Source of the DNA: Takakia lepidozioides
Taxonomy: Eukaryota; Plantae; Bryophyta
Direction of reading: 5' to 3'
Length of the DNA: 64,000 nt
NCBI GenBank assembly: GCA_030704615.1
Contig: CM060734.1
Span: 38,564,001 to 38,628,000 of the forward strand
Numbering within the stretch: the stretch's first letter is position 1; every line of letters starts with the position of its first letter. A model generated the notes under the pieces. The model ran no database searches and had not been told where the DNA came from. It saw only the letters and a program-made list of their open reading frames with translations. Position numbers and translations under genes: made by a program. Positions 11,494-25,300 of the stretch are shown piece by piece.

Positions 11494-13035
11494 AAAAGCA
11501 CGGCTGAGCGAGGAGGGATCTCTCTCGGCTTTGGAAGAAGATGAAGGAAGACGATCAAAACCGTGCACTGCCTCTATGAAGATGAATGATCTTACGTACC
11601 TAGCATTTGAGAACGCGTTCACTATGCATAAGAACACATTCTCAAATGCTAGGTAGGTAAGATCACCTCCCCTTCTAAACGAGAGTATTGTCCTCAATAC
11701 TGAAGTGGGGATAATTCTTCTCTCATCGTCCTTCTCCCAGGTAGATTCCTCTACGGGGTAATTCTTCCACTTCATCAAGCATTCTTTCCAGGAACGATTC
11801 CTAAGACTTCTGATCTGTATCTCAAGAATCTGCTCTGACTCTGCCACGATCTTACCTTCTGGTGTCACCTTTGGTAATTCAGGGAGAACATGACTAGGGT
11901 CAAAGACATACTTTTCTCCAAGGTACTGTGGACCTTTCAGGATTATAAAGAAAGTTGGCAAAGTAACCTTTCAGCTAGAGTTGCCATCAGGATGGAGAAT
12001 ATATGATGTATTTCACGTTAGTCTCTTCAGAAAGTATGTCTCTGACCCCAGTTATGTTCTCCCTGAACTACCAAAGGTGAGATCGTGGCAGAGCCAGAGC
12101 AGATAAGATACAGATCAGAAGTCTTAGGAATCGTTCTTGGAAAGAATGCTTGATGAAGTGAAAGAATTACCCCGTAGAGGAATCTACCTGGGAGAAGGAA
12201 TATGAGATTCGAAAGAATTTAAATCCTCACTTCAGTATTGAGGACAATACTCTCTTTTAAGAGGGGAGGTGATCTTACGTACCTAGCATTTGAGAACGTG
12301 TTCTTATGCATAGTGACGCGTTCGCGCTGGGAACGATGAGAAAGAATAACGGGGTGATTTGTGAGGTGGCTAGCAATTACAGGAATGATTGAAGAGGCCA
12401 TACTGCAACGTGGAAGGGGGCGCTGTGCAGGAAAAAGCACGGCAGAGCGAGGAGGGATCTCTCTCGGCTTTGGAAGAAAGGAAGAAAGATGATCAAACGT
12501 GCACTGGGCTCTGATGATGAATAGAAAGATGCACGGTGTGGTGGTTGGGTGGACTGGACTGTGAATTCCAGTACTGTGCGTAGAACATGATAGAAGATCA
12601 GTTCATGTACAAAAGTTGACAGAGTAGATTATGAACGGAGGCCAAATAAGATCGGCGATCTGTAATGAAACGATCTGTAATCTGTAAATGTGCAAGTTGG
12701 AATAAGAAAGTGGTCTGGCTGAAGCAAACTTGTGGACAAGGACTGGATAAGAGTAGATGGAACGTAGCATTTGGTATCATGCTACGTTCCTTATCTTTTT
12801 TTTTCAGTCTCTCTTCATCAAGCATTCTTTCCAGGATTGATTTTTTCTGATCTGTATCTCAAGAATATGCTCCGGCTCTGCCATGATCTCACCTTCTGTT
12901 GTCACCTTTGGTAATTCAGGGAGAACATGACTGGGGTCAGAGACATACTTTCTCCAAGGTACAGTGGACTTTTCAGGATTAAAAAGAAAGTTGGCAAAGT
13001 AGCCTATTAGCTAGAGTTGCCATCAGGATGGAGAA
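11494..13035. mobile_element. Rearranged chromovirus (Ty3/gypsy) integrase-chromodomain-PPT-LTR fragments in both orientations
   Basis: ORF 11473-11961(-) contains KECLMKWKNYPVEESTWE (chromodomain). The + strand reads PRYCGPFRIIKKVGKVTFQLELPSGWRIYDVFHVSL (GPY/F module) from about 11918. PPT aagaggggagg near 12260. Confidence 0.85.
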
Positions 13036-15691
13036 CAAGTGTATAGTTTGGCAGAGGGGAAATAAGAGTATCCCCCAAAAGAAATTTCTCAGGAGCACTC
13101 TCACATAAGAGCTTGGAGACCAAACTGCAGCAAAATACCAAATGAATGCCAACATGACTTGGCCCTGCCACCCAAATAGAGCATGGCAGAGCTCCATTAG
13201 ACTTCAACCTAGAGCGAATGGCCTGAAATATCTGCTGCTCCGAAAGATCGAGGCGAAAGATCGAGGCCAAATTGGTAACCCAACAAAGTGTGGGAGCACA
13301 CTGCAGCCATCTCAGCCTCCGGTGCAAGACCCCAAGGCGGGCGGTGCACAATGGCATTTCCAAATAATATATGGAAATTGACACAACACCTACCTCCGAG
13401 CCCACATGTCACTAAATTTCAGAATTTTTGGATGTCTTTGGGAGTACCCGAATGATCTACAAAGAAGGTCTATGTGCACATTTCAGATCAGATTTTGGGC
13501 AAGTAGTCACCTTTGAGCAAAAACACAATTATTTTTATTCAAAATGCTGCAGTCCCAAGACTTTGTCCAAAATCATGGATTGAATCCATCCATGGGAGAT
13601 TCAGTGGGGCCGCCCCTTCTCACCCTCTAAATTCACAGTTCGGGAGGGGTCATCCGCACCTTGAACGAATGGCGGCCCCTGGCCGGCACCCCCTTCCAAA
13701 CCCACTTTCGTTGGGTTGCAGAACGGGCCCCAGATGCCATCGCAAGGGAAAAGGCCTCCCACCTTCGGGCAGCGGGCAGAGCCATAGCTTTCTCCCCTTT
13801 TGGCCAATGAATCTCTGCCCGCAATCTAGGGTACAATCTTCCTGTCGATTTGGACCCGGATTCAGAACGTTATAAGTACTTCAAAAAATGGCAAAAGGTG
13901 CCTGAGCGACCCGTAGTACATTAGGGGTTAAGGTGTTATGTATGTAGTACAGTATAGTACTATACTGTGGATGAACAGGGAAAAATGCCTGTCATCAGAC
14001 AGGTGGCCGGTTCTGAAAGGACAGATTCGATAACAGCGCTTACAATCCCTGGTTGTACAAGAACGAAGACCTCTGCTGTCACTCTAACATGAAACTCCCT
14101 CCATAGCCAGTTCGTGGGCCTTCTTCCTCTTCAGTCTCCCTGGGTCCTTGCATTTACCACATCTTCCTAACGCCTGATAGGGTGTTCCAATTCAATAGAA
14201 GTGCTACATGGACAGGATGGGAAAGCGAGCAACTCAGCATGTGCATCCAGCACCTAGACGTTGGACATTGGCCCATCGGTTCTCCACAGCTCCCTTGCTG
14301 ACCTCCCTGGGAAACACAGTCCGATTCGATCTTGCCAGTGATGAGGACTCAGATCAGAAGGGCGCGAGGCTTCAGGCTGAAGCGAGGATTCGAGAGGAGA
14401 GTAAGCAGGAGACCTATGCCAAAGAACCTGAACACAGAAGAGAGCTCTTCCGGAAGATGAAGGACACTGAGTATATGGTAGTGCGGCAGCTCTGGTAGCC
14501 ACACGGTAGGAATGTTAAAAAGGCAGACAAGTTAGCATGAACATTGAACCTCATGGTAGTGAGTGCCATAGCTGCCAACTGACCACCGATTGTATGTACT
14601 AGGTGATTTGAAATCCAACCAGATGCTGTCCAACAATTTTTTTCCTCAGAAGAGTAGAAAGAGTCTTACAAATTACAAAATATGCACTGGGCTTGTAGGA
14701 TCTCAGCAGCCATACCTCGGCAAGGTGCAGTGCCTTTACGTCAAGAAAAACCAACAACGGAACCAGCACATGCAATCCTGACTTAGAACATATCTTGTCA
14801 GCATAGGGAAATCACAACTTCCTCACGGTACTGCACAATGAACTGTCCCACCATGGGTATTGGTATTTCACAAATAAATCTTTAGTCTTGTACATTGGAT
14901 TCTAAGTGAACCAGGATTGCATTCCTAATGCTCAAGCACCCGGTTAAAGGGCCCTCTGTACCATGTCGGGTTCAATTACCACAATCTCAGCCTAATATTG
15001 TCCAACTGTTCTGAGGGTTTTAAGCGTCACCCATGTTTCTGTTCAATCTACAAAGTGAAAAAAATCCTTTGACCATTCACCACAAGTCCCCCAGTGGTAG
15101 AACCGGCATGTATTCCTCCCCAATCTATGTATATACATGTTGAGAGTCATCATTGTAACAATAATGTTGGGAGGGAAAGAGAAAAAGTATTTCCTTCTTC
15201 TTTACAAAATACCACTTCAAGTGGTTCAGCTTGATGGAACTCCATAGGCATCGCACTACCTTGATTTCCTGTTGAACACCAATGTCTCAGCCTTGATGTA
15301 CTGCACAGCTATCAATCTGGCCTGTACTCCAGCTGTTAGCAGTTCTTGGAGTGCCTGCACTTTCCCATGGCCATTCTGTCGTGTGAAGCCTCATAGAACA
15401 CATCCAAAGGCAATGCAGATGAACAACCACCCACAGCACAGCAGGGGAAAAAGCACCAACGCAAAGAAACCTCTAAGAAACCAGAGAGAGATCAGATTGC
15501 AATACTTACTCAGGCTCAATCATTGATGGCTCCTGCCACAAGGAGTTGTAGGACACTCTGATATGTGCCAACATTGCAGTGATAAGGTGATGCAGACTGC
15601 CTTCCCTTTGCACTCATGCAAAGCACACCAGTTCAAGATGGAAGGCCCGACTGCACTACCCTTGTAATCAGAGCACTGCCGCACACAACAC

Positions 15692-15931
15692 GGTACCAGG
15701 ACAACAGTAAGGACACAGCCAGCGGCAATTCAAGAATCATTTGCTCCCCCTTCAGCTTAAACAACCTCCCCAGATCTACTAAGCTAAGAAGGTTAGTCTC
15801 TCTACAACATGGTACCAGGACAAAAGTAAGGACACAGACGGCCGCAATTTGAGAATCATCTGCGCCCCCACTTCACCTTAAACAACCTCCCCAGATCTAC
15901 TATGGTCAAGAAGGTAAGTCTCTCTACGCAT
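15692..15931. repeat. Diverged tandem duplication, period 119 bp, downstream of the DEK1 stop
   Basis: ggtaccaggaca...aaacaacctccccagatctacta...tctctctac starts at 15692 and again at 15811. Confidence 0.85.
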
Positions 15932-16387
15932 CTCCTTAGCTGTTGTGCATGTGATGCCCTCAATAAGACTTACTTGAGTCGGCCACATCCAGGGTTTGAT
16001 TGTGCAAAAGTACGGACAAACAGGAGAAACAATGATACCCACAACAGGTTATTGTATTCAAGGTTAATCAGCCACTGTACCTATACCCGTCATCAAAAGA
16101 TACTGCAGATGTGGTGATTGAAGAAGGTAAAGTTGAGCACAAACCTTTCAGTAAGGCATACATTAAGTGTCAGCAGAAAACCACAACAGAGACTAAGAGC
16201 TTTTTCTTAAGGAAATAACCAGAAAGTGCACCAAGTGGAGGAAGTAATACCTGCTCTTGACAATTCAGTAGAGTAGGAGTGACTCCTGCACAAAAGAGTG
16301 TTGCTCCATCCCCAGAAAGAATTGCACATAATTGTCACATCCACTTCAGGAGCCAACCCCACATCTTGTTCATTCAGTGGTACTCTA

Positions 16388-19300
16388 CTAGAGGGGTTCT
16401 AGTGAAATGGAAGCTTTTGTAAACACCGAGAGCACAAACTGGGCTTCTTGCCCTGGCACCCAGGTAGTTGGCACAATTGTGTAGCCTTTTGGGTCAGGCT
16501 CCAGCAACATTTCACAAGACATCTCTCTTGTATTGACATAGTCTGTCCCTGAGACTGCTTCATGCATGTAGATATTGGGTCCTGATCGCTTGCCCCTAGT
16601 TTTAATAATTCGCATACCAATAAAGAAATTGGAGGATTCACCACTCGGATGGTAGTTGCTGAAGCCCGCACGGCGACGGGAAGAGAAGTGAACACCCTGA
16701 CACAAAGACCCTGATTAAAGCTTAACACGCAAATAAATATGAAATTGCTCTATCGGTGGAGCAATGCAACACACAATTGCACAAAAGATAGATCTCTGCA
16801 ACAAGTACTGGGTAAGGCCTATCAGTCACACTCTAGTCACTTACTACCTATGCTCCTGGTGACCACAGAAAACCAAATCCAGGAAAAAGCATTCACTGCA
16901 TTACACGCGCTTTGCAAGCACCAGACATGACCATGCAAACTCTAGAAATCTGTTCAGCTGTAGCAATGTCTTTTCATTTTAAACGTGTGCCAACATCCGT
17001 TAGAAACTTGAAGAAAAAGTGCTGACAAGCATTGCCAATGAAGCAGGCAAGAAGACAGGAGGGAGAAAGAAAGAGATGTACTTGTGTAAGAGTTACAAAC
17101 ACGTGGATAGGAAGACGGGCATCTGGGCCAATGGCCTTCAGATGAAACTGTGGATTCTGGTGCCAGGTGTCAAAATCTTGGCAACCCCCAGCAGTAGAAC
17201 CCCGCCATTGTCCACGCACAGAATAGCGCATCTCTGGTGGATAGATCCGACAGACATAGAGAGATCGAAAGTGCAGTTGAAAGTCTTGCCATGACATCCA
17301 AAATACACCATCTGCAGCCTGTCCAAGTTCTTACAACACAGTCAGCTATAGCAGCATCAATATCAGCAGAGGGAAAGGGAGGCCGGCACACCAGAAAAGC
17401 AGTTTAAAAACCAGCATTTCAAAGTACAATACCTTTGTGAGTATGATTGCATGGACAAGTAATATCCTTATGACTCGAGATATCTCCCTATTTACAATTA
17501 ATACTAACCAAAACAGAAGTACCGAGATAAAAGTTTCTGTGTAGGCATGTGTTTTAGCAAGACACACATGAGTACTCCATGTAACTCCCGGAAGTACAAT
17601 CTTGGAAGGTATAGTCGAACTTCTCACTGCAGCTTACCTGAGGAATGTACTTGAGCTTATGCTTCATTCGATCAGTCCACTCCTGCGACAAATCCGACCA
17701 AGGACCATTCCATTCGACCTCATTGGCCCAAGGGTTGCGAATTTGAACCAGCTTGTGCCCATCTACCTCCCGTACCTGAGAGTGTGGAGATGATTGAGTG
17801 CATAACAACCATGTTCAGTTAGAAAAAGACAGATGTAACAGAGCAACAAATACACAAATGCACACATCAGGTTACCCTGCCGGTAGCATTCACCCATAGT
17901 ACAGGGAGGTCCTCACAATTCTAGGCTTCATACAGTACACAAAACCTAACACCAATGAGAAAAAGTGAAAGACATGGTAGAAACACAAGCAAAAGGGACA
18001 GCCCAGGACCTGTAGCAAGGAATAGGCATGGCCCTGCACAATACCACTGGATGATACATGCACATCTGATCCTGAAGGGGTACCAGCCCCAAGCAAAAAA
18101 CCTTCCTCCTTAAACCGCTGCAGCTGAAACCACAGTCGCCCACTAGCAAGATCCAGCTGAGACGTTTCAAGAGTCATGTCAATTTCCTCCCCTGCACCAC
18201 CAGTCAAATCAACAAGTGCATCATGGACAACCCCGCCTTCCAAGGCTTCATAGGAGCCATGTAGTTTGGCATATGCTTTTTCAAGGATGGAGACCCATAG
18301 CTCGTTTTCCTTGCGGCTAGTTGCAAAAGCTGGCTTCCCTCGCCCCTCACAAGGAATCCAATCATCAACAACCACTGGCACCCACTCTCCCTGCACAGAC
18401 ACACATTGCACTTCAATGAACAGCACAAGCAAAGGCTATTACAAGAAACCAACTTCAACTACAACAGATATGTAACACCTGCGCAGAGCCTGAATGCACA
18501 ACACAACCTCAGCTACAAAGACTACCACTTATAAGCCTAATGGGCAACATCACTTCCCTACACTTCCTCCATTTTGCCTAAAACAACAGTACCATCCTTG
18601 ACGATAACATGGACAACTAGAGCAAAGACCAATTATTGTCATCCTGGGAACCCTCCTATTGCCCTCTACATCTCTTACTCTTGCCTTAAGCTCTTGGCAT
18701 TACTGTGGATGATGGAAGTTTGTTTCTCGTCTTCCCTCCCTGGTATGCCGCGTCTAATGAATACATTGCTCATGCGACACACACTTAGGAGCCACATCTG
18801 CTTTCAAGGGGTGTGGAGGCACTCATCCAGAATATCATAAAGGTACGAGATTGACCTGAATGCAAAACCGAACAGTGTATATCCCCTCCTCATTGTATTC
18901 AGGTGTGATCATGACATCAGCAATGCGTGATGCCTCAGTTAAGACGGCCAATGCACTCAAGAACCAGCAATCGCCCAGCCGACCCTGGCAGGAACGAGAA
19001 TAAATAGGTAAGATGCTGTGTCATAAAGAATCAAGAGAGACCCGTACACCCAGAAGCAGATACTGAGTGGCCTAGCAAGGCCCTTTGAAACTAGAAACTG
19101 TCCCTTTGTATTATCACTTACAGCACAAAGCTCAAGAAACGGACCCGTGCACAAGGACATATACAATGTTCATCTGGAGGGTGGACAGACCTGGCAAACG
19201 TCAGAAGGATTGGCAGTGCCTGCAAATAGACGAGGGAGCGAGTCGATGCCTTCTACACTGACTAACTCTTTGGGGCGCAACCACTCATTCACCACCTGCA

Positions 19301-22300
19301 GTCCATAGCAGCTATTTCACACAGACTCCTTCACAGGTACTCCCAGAACAACCTGAAAGAACAGAGGCCGTGCAGAAGCATTCACAGAAAGCAAATAAGC
19401 AACGTAAAGATAGTATTAAGCAGCAACTTAAGGCTTGCCTGAAGTTTTGCAGATGGATGATTGGGATCCAGAAACAAGGACTGATTTGTTGGTGGAAACT
19501 CTTGGTCAGTAAAATGACTCTCTCCCCTTGCTGCCAAAGCTTCTTTTACAGCCAGCTCAACTGCCCGCATCCGCTGAGTGACCTCCTCCTGTGTCTCTAT
19601 TTTTGGGCGTCGAAGCTTCCTAGACAAATAGTCCATATCTAAGGTCACAGTCTCCCTCTCTAATGCCTTTCTCTTCTCACCAGTTGTGGGCAGCTCGTCC
19701 CAGTAGATTTCATCTCGACCATACAAGTCAAGGTCATTATCATACCCCCAATCTTCAAACTGCCAACCAAAAACCAGCATGAGAAACTGAAAGAGAGCAT
19801 GGACAAACATTTATCAATATCAGTACAACAATAAGCAAGTATTCAGTTAAGCCGTCAAGATCATACCCCCACAAGAGGGAATAGAGTTGGAATTTACCAA
19901 CCAGGACATCCTCCAATTGAGCTTGGATACCGAATTCGTACAATAGTATAAATAGGACAAAAGCCAACATCACAGCTGACTACAAATTACCGCAACATCA
20001 ATGTTGAGACTTTGAGCAAAACATTTTTAAGTGGTGTTTACAGCAATACAGCCAGGCAATTGCAAGTTGCCTGAAAGGAAAAAATACACACCCGCATCGG
20101 TGTCTCCATTGGGGATGTCTGCCAATAGTCATCTGGTGAGTCCATGTCATTGTATTCTTCAGGATTTGTATTATTATGGACCATCATGATCTCATCCTCT
20201 GACAAGCAACGACCCCACATAAAGATGTCCATAGCCTGCATTCTTGACTCTGCTCCTTCACTATCAGATCGTCCAAACGCATCAAGGTCCATAGGGGGCC
20301 TAATACCAACCCAGATCTCCATTCCTTCCTCCAAAATGCCACCTTCCGTGTTCAATGGCATTTTCTCAATTCTCTTTTCCCCGTCAAAGTTTCCATCCAA
20401 AAATGCCACTGCCTCCCCAGTATCCATATCAATAGTGATTGCAACTGTATGCCACCTGTATAACATTAATAGTTTGACATTAGTTGCTTTGACAACTATT
20501 ACAATCTGAAAGCTCATCAGGGCTAAACACGTGGAGCCTCTATCTCAAATTTTGTCCATGTGATGACTGAATGTAAGAGCCAGACTTGTGGCCAGCCCAC
20601 AACATTCAATCACAATTGAAGCAGGAGAAGAATGAAATGACACTTTGTAATGTCCGAAGGGGCCCATGGGACAGGATACAACAACGAAATGACCATTTCA
20701 GGATACATCAAGTGACGCCCTCAGATCAAGTTGGTAAGTTACAAGGCACTCCAGATCTTCAAAGCTGAAGGGCTCTGCTAAGGAATGGGAATCTCTGAAC
20801 AGACAGTAGTATCTCTCGTGTATCTTGTAATATGCAGGCAGGAGAAGTGGCTCTGTTTCCACTTCAATCAAGACGAGTATTTTAAAACGTGTGTAACACC
20901 ATACCTTCCATCAGCAATACAAGTGCTTCCAATAAACCACTCTTTCTTGAAGGTTGTGTGGCCTGTCCCCTTTACCACAACACGGAGACCAATTTGTCCT
21001 GCCTCTAAGCCCTGTTCAGCACCTGCAACCAGGACTTCCCAACACTTCTGCGAGCGTGCTTCACAAGCCAAGACACAGACTGGTCCAGACTCTGGCTGCA
21101 CCATAACAGCAGCTGAGAAGGTGACCTTCTGGCCTCCACATACAGCAGGGTCGATGGGTCCACACAGACGCCCAATGCTGCGAGGCTCATCATCAAGCAC
21201 ACACGCAGTCCCTTGCACTCCAGTCTGAAAATATCCAATATAGTGTTAGAGACTGATGCATTAAAAAACATAATGCCAGATTATTAGGCAACCCAATATT
21301 CATCATGCCCTGAGAGTGTATATATTTGAGCTGCATCCTCATGATTCACATGATAAGAACTTGGTAAGAATGGGAGCCAACATACTAATTGAAGTTCATA
21401 GGCAAATCAGAGCCTTTGTACACAGTTTGACACCTACAGGAGGTTTCCTCCGTCAGGGCCTCAACATGCCAGAAAAACGCAAGCCGAGCGTCATTCTTAG
21501 TGTAGTTTTTCTACTAGAACATTCGAAGATCAGGTTTGTTATTGGAGTCATGTCTAGACATCACAAACCTGTTGGGCGCGTTGAGCTCTTTGTGCAATCA
21601 GTATGCGTCGAGCAAGGCTTGAGACCTGGTCCCTGGGCCGGCTTTCATCAAGTAAGACATCCCCACCTACAGCACGTACAGCAGCTGCCATTGCAGCCAC
21701 TTCCTTGCTGCCCACATCAGGTACACATGAGATGACGGAGGCTTCCATTTCTCGACGCCGTCGTTCCTCTCTCTCCAGCAAAGCCTTTCGTCGCTCTTTA
21801 CCGATCTCTTCCTCCTCCCGCCGTTGTTGCATGATTTCCTCCTCTGTTTCCTTCTCCCGCATGTAACTACAGGCAATGAGCAATAACATCAAGAATTGGA
21901 AAATAGAGTAGGAGTAACCCATCTGCAGTTACGATGGCCCCCTGTTCTATGTGGGCAGGTAGTGAAACAGTTGTCATTGTACTTTGGCAACAAAACATAC
22001 ATGACAACATGAAGAACAAACTGCAACATTGCACCAGAAAACAAATCAAAACCTTTTCAGTGTAGTGAGCAGGAATCGACTTCATTAATTTCATGATGAC
22101 AGAAAAGAGCCTCCTCTAAGACATCTCATATGCCCAAACGACAACTCAGTCACAGGGTGAAATACCTCAACCAAGCATCATAAACCACTTACTTCTCTTG
22201 CACCATCTCAAATCGTTTGCGGTCCTCTGCTGACCATTTTTTAATCTTCTTTGCACTGAGATTTGAGAATCCAATGCTATCAAGGAAAAGCCTAAGCCGC

Positions 22301-25300
22301 ACTTCATCCTGCAAGCAAGGTGGAACATAGTCATAAAAGACATATTTCCACTACCCTGATCACAAACCAAAGGGGCTTATCAACAATCGCAACCAACAAA
22401 GTATGAAGATGTTGTATGGTAGTACCTGCACCCTTTCAGCCCTTGTGGCATGTCCAAGCACTAAAAGCAGATAGCCTCCAAACTTATCCCACATGTAAAC
22501 CCACTCTGTATCAATAGCCTCCTCCAAAGCCAAAATTCGTGCGTGGGCACACAGCTTCCTTCTGTAACCTACATCGGCTGTGGAGTCGTAGTGAGAGACA
22601 AGGGCTGCAGGAGATTGCCACCAACACAAACCAGCAGCTTGTTCCTCATTTCGCAGCCGTTCTCGAAGCTTCAGTACATCAGCCCGAGGAAGAACAAAGT
22701 TCCCTGCCTTGTCACGGGTGATGGCAGCATCACCTACAAGCAACGCTGCTGAACTGGCAGATCTTTGGGGTGCAGAATACGTGCCTGACATTGCATTTCG
22801 TGTCTGACACATAGAAAAAAAATTTACAGTAGAACTGGATATGAGTAAACTCGTCACGGTAGTAGCAGCTGAAGACAGCTGACATCCAAGCTCCAGGAAA
22901 AAGGATAATGGTTATCTAAAAAGACTCCCTAAAGACCGCACACCTCCACCTGTACATTCAGAAATGAAGAAATTCAACTGTTAAAAAGAACCACATAACT
23001 ACACATATGGGACTACCTTTGTCGAGGAACGGGCAATGGCCTGGACAATTGTATCCTTCCTCAGAAACTGCAGCGCATCCTCCATCATCTGTGTCAAAAG
23101 AACCCTTAATTAGTTTTTCTTGAAGCACATCGATAAATTTGACAACTGAACAACTTAAAATGATTCAGTACTGCCAGAAGTGACTATAGAAATAACTTGG
23201 TGGGGAACTTGCGCAGTTGTGCAGTTGCTTAGAAGGTAGAACTTGAAGTTAAAGCAAGGCGAGATTTGGCGAAGTAATCCTGACAATTCACCTTCAGAGT
23301 TAAGTGTGGACGAGAAATGGCAAAGCCAAAGGCCACAACTAAAGTCACGGCTGACACCGCTGCCCCAGCAAAGGGAGGATATATTTCCAAGCTTGCTACT
23401 ACTCCCCACCCTGCCGTAGCTAATGCAGTACCATAGAGAATCAAAAAGGACCCACTGGAAAAATGCACACAACACCAAACATCAGTGAATGGCACATAAT
23501 TTTTATAAAGATTTCTAATCTACACAGCAAACACAGGTAAGGAATACCATTAAACCTAGTTCCCCTGTTATTTCAACACCCAACCAAACAACACTGGAGA
23601 AGAGTTCAATCAGACTCGCCTGACATTCTTGGCAGAATCTGCATGCGCATCATATACATATACAGGCAGGACGCGAGGCGAGTAGACAACCACAGCAGGT
23701 GATAGGAGGACCTGTCATTTTTCACAACTCCTCATTAATAGGTGTTTCCAGTTTCCACTCTACCAGACTCAGAAAAACCATATAGAAAACTTACAAAACT
23801 CCAAAATGAATCAATGCATTTCATCCTAAACTCGTCTTCTTGTCAACCAAGGCCTAAAAGAAGGTGAGAATCACTGGGCAGGTTAGTAGTGACTTTGTCT
23901 ACCAAAAATAATAGCAAACTCTTGGTGGATCCTTATCAGATCCAAACCCCAACACCACTTACAGTAAGGGATCGACCAGCAAGAAGACTCAAAAAGGCAA
24001 AATATCCAACCGAAGCTCCCACAAACGGTTCATCTGCAGCAGGCCAAAACCATATCTATGTAGTGTGGCAAGAAAAGTTCCTTCCTATCAATCGAGAGCA
24101 GACTGTAGATCATTTGAATGCAGAGAAGAACTTTAACATACATTCAGAAAGTGACTGTATAAAAGAGCAAAATGGACTAAAAAGGGGATGATGATTGGGC
24201 AAACCCATCAACCTAAAAAACCTCTGCACACTCAAAAGAGAAGTTTACAGCACTTAAATACTGAGGATCAACCTCGGCCCCACTTTGTCTCTGATACCAG
24301 AATCAAACAATTCTGGTAGCACCACAATGCCGGTCAGAAGATGCAGCTTTACAATCATCCACCTGAAGTTCCTGAGGGTCTCAAAGTTTTATTATCGTCA
24401 AGGATTGTTCCTGAAGAGAGATATCGGAGGGTTTCACACCTGCCAAGAGCCCAACAAGGAAGGCAGCCAATGCCAGCACAAATGCGACTAGGCAGACCAG
24501 AAAAACCTCCATGGGTGTCAAATAGAAGTCGTGGGAGGCCCAGTGATGGATAACACCAATGGTGAGCACTACTAGTAGCATAAAAAGGAGGAACGCAACT
24601 CCGACCTGCAATAAACACGATTTTTCCACTGGCAATTAGTAAAATGAAAAAGTCCACTAGGAGAGGATACAGACATAGGCGTTGGCAGGATACATGAAGC
24701 AAGACCACTCCATGACTCACCATCCAAGGATTGATAGTGGCAATCACTGCAGAGATTGCACCCAGTAATAAAAGAAGGCCCAACCCCACAAATATGTACA
24801 CCCCTTTCGAAAGCTTCCAGCCTTCATCCTTCCTGCCATGTCAAGCATTTTATCAGATAACCAACATGAGTCCACCTAAGCAATAACTGGAGAAGTCACC
24901 AGAACCATCTCTCGTAGAAAAGCTTCACACATTGTGAGTCATGAATGAGGTCTAGTGAAGAATCTTACCATTTGTAGACTCCACAACCAAGAGAGAAGAC
25001 AGCCGGTATACAGACTAGAGGTAACAGGGCAGCAAGGAAATCAGCCTCAATGGGGACTTTATCAACACGGCTTTGCACCACCCCCACATAAGATCCTCCA
25101 CAGAAAGTTACGAGTACCACTGCACGTTTCAAACCAACCAGACAAATAAGAAAGATAAGACAACAGAATGTCCCAGTAAGAATTTTAGGTGAGGATCAAC
25201 GACCTATTAATATATCCTGCTGCTGTCGACTCCAACATGCCAGCTAAAAACAGTAATTCCCCAACAAACACTCAACTGATGTCATGGCCACTAAAAACCA

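Larger units (their letters stand above)
8031..13927 (+). mobile_element. piggyBac-like DNA transposon relic (internally deleted, with nested insertions)
   Basis: TTAA|CCCTTAA at 8027-8037 and TTAGGGG|TTAA at 13921-13931 give a TTAA TSD and CCC...GGG ends with imperfect TIR similarity over about 38 nt. The transposase C-terminal Cys-rich domain lies just inside the left end. Confidence 0.55.

Noticed and set aside
14208-14498. Charged 96-aa ORF between the piggyBac end and the DEK1 3' end
   Set aside because: No recognisable family or supporting splice structure.
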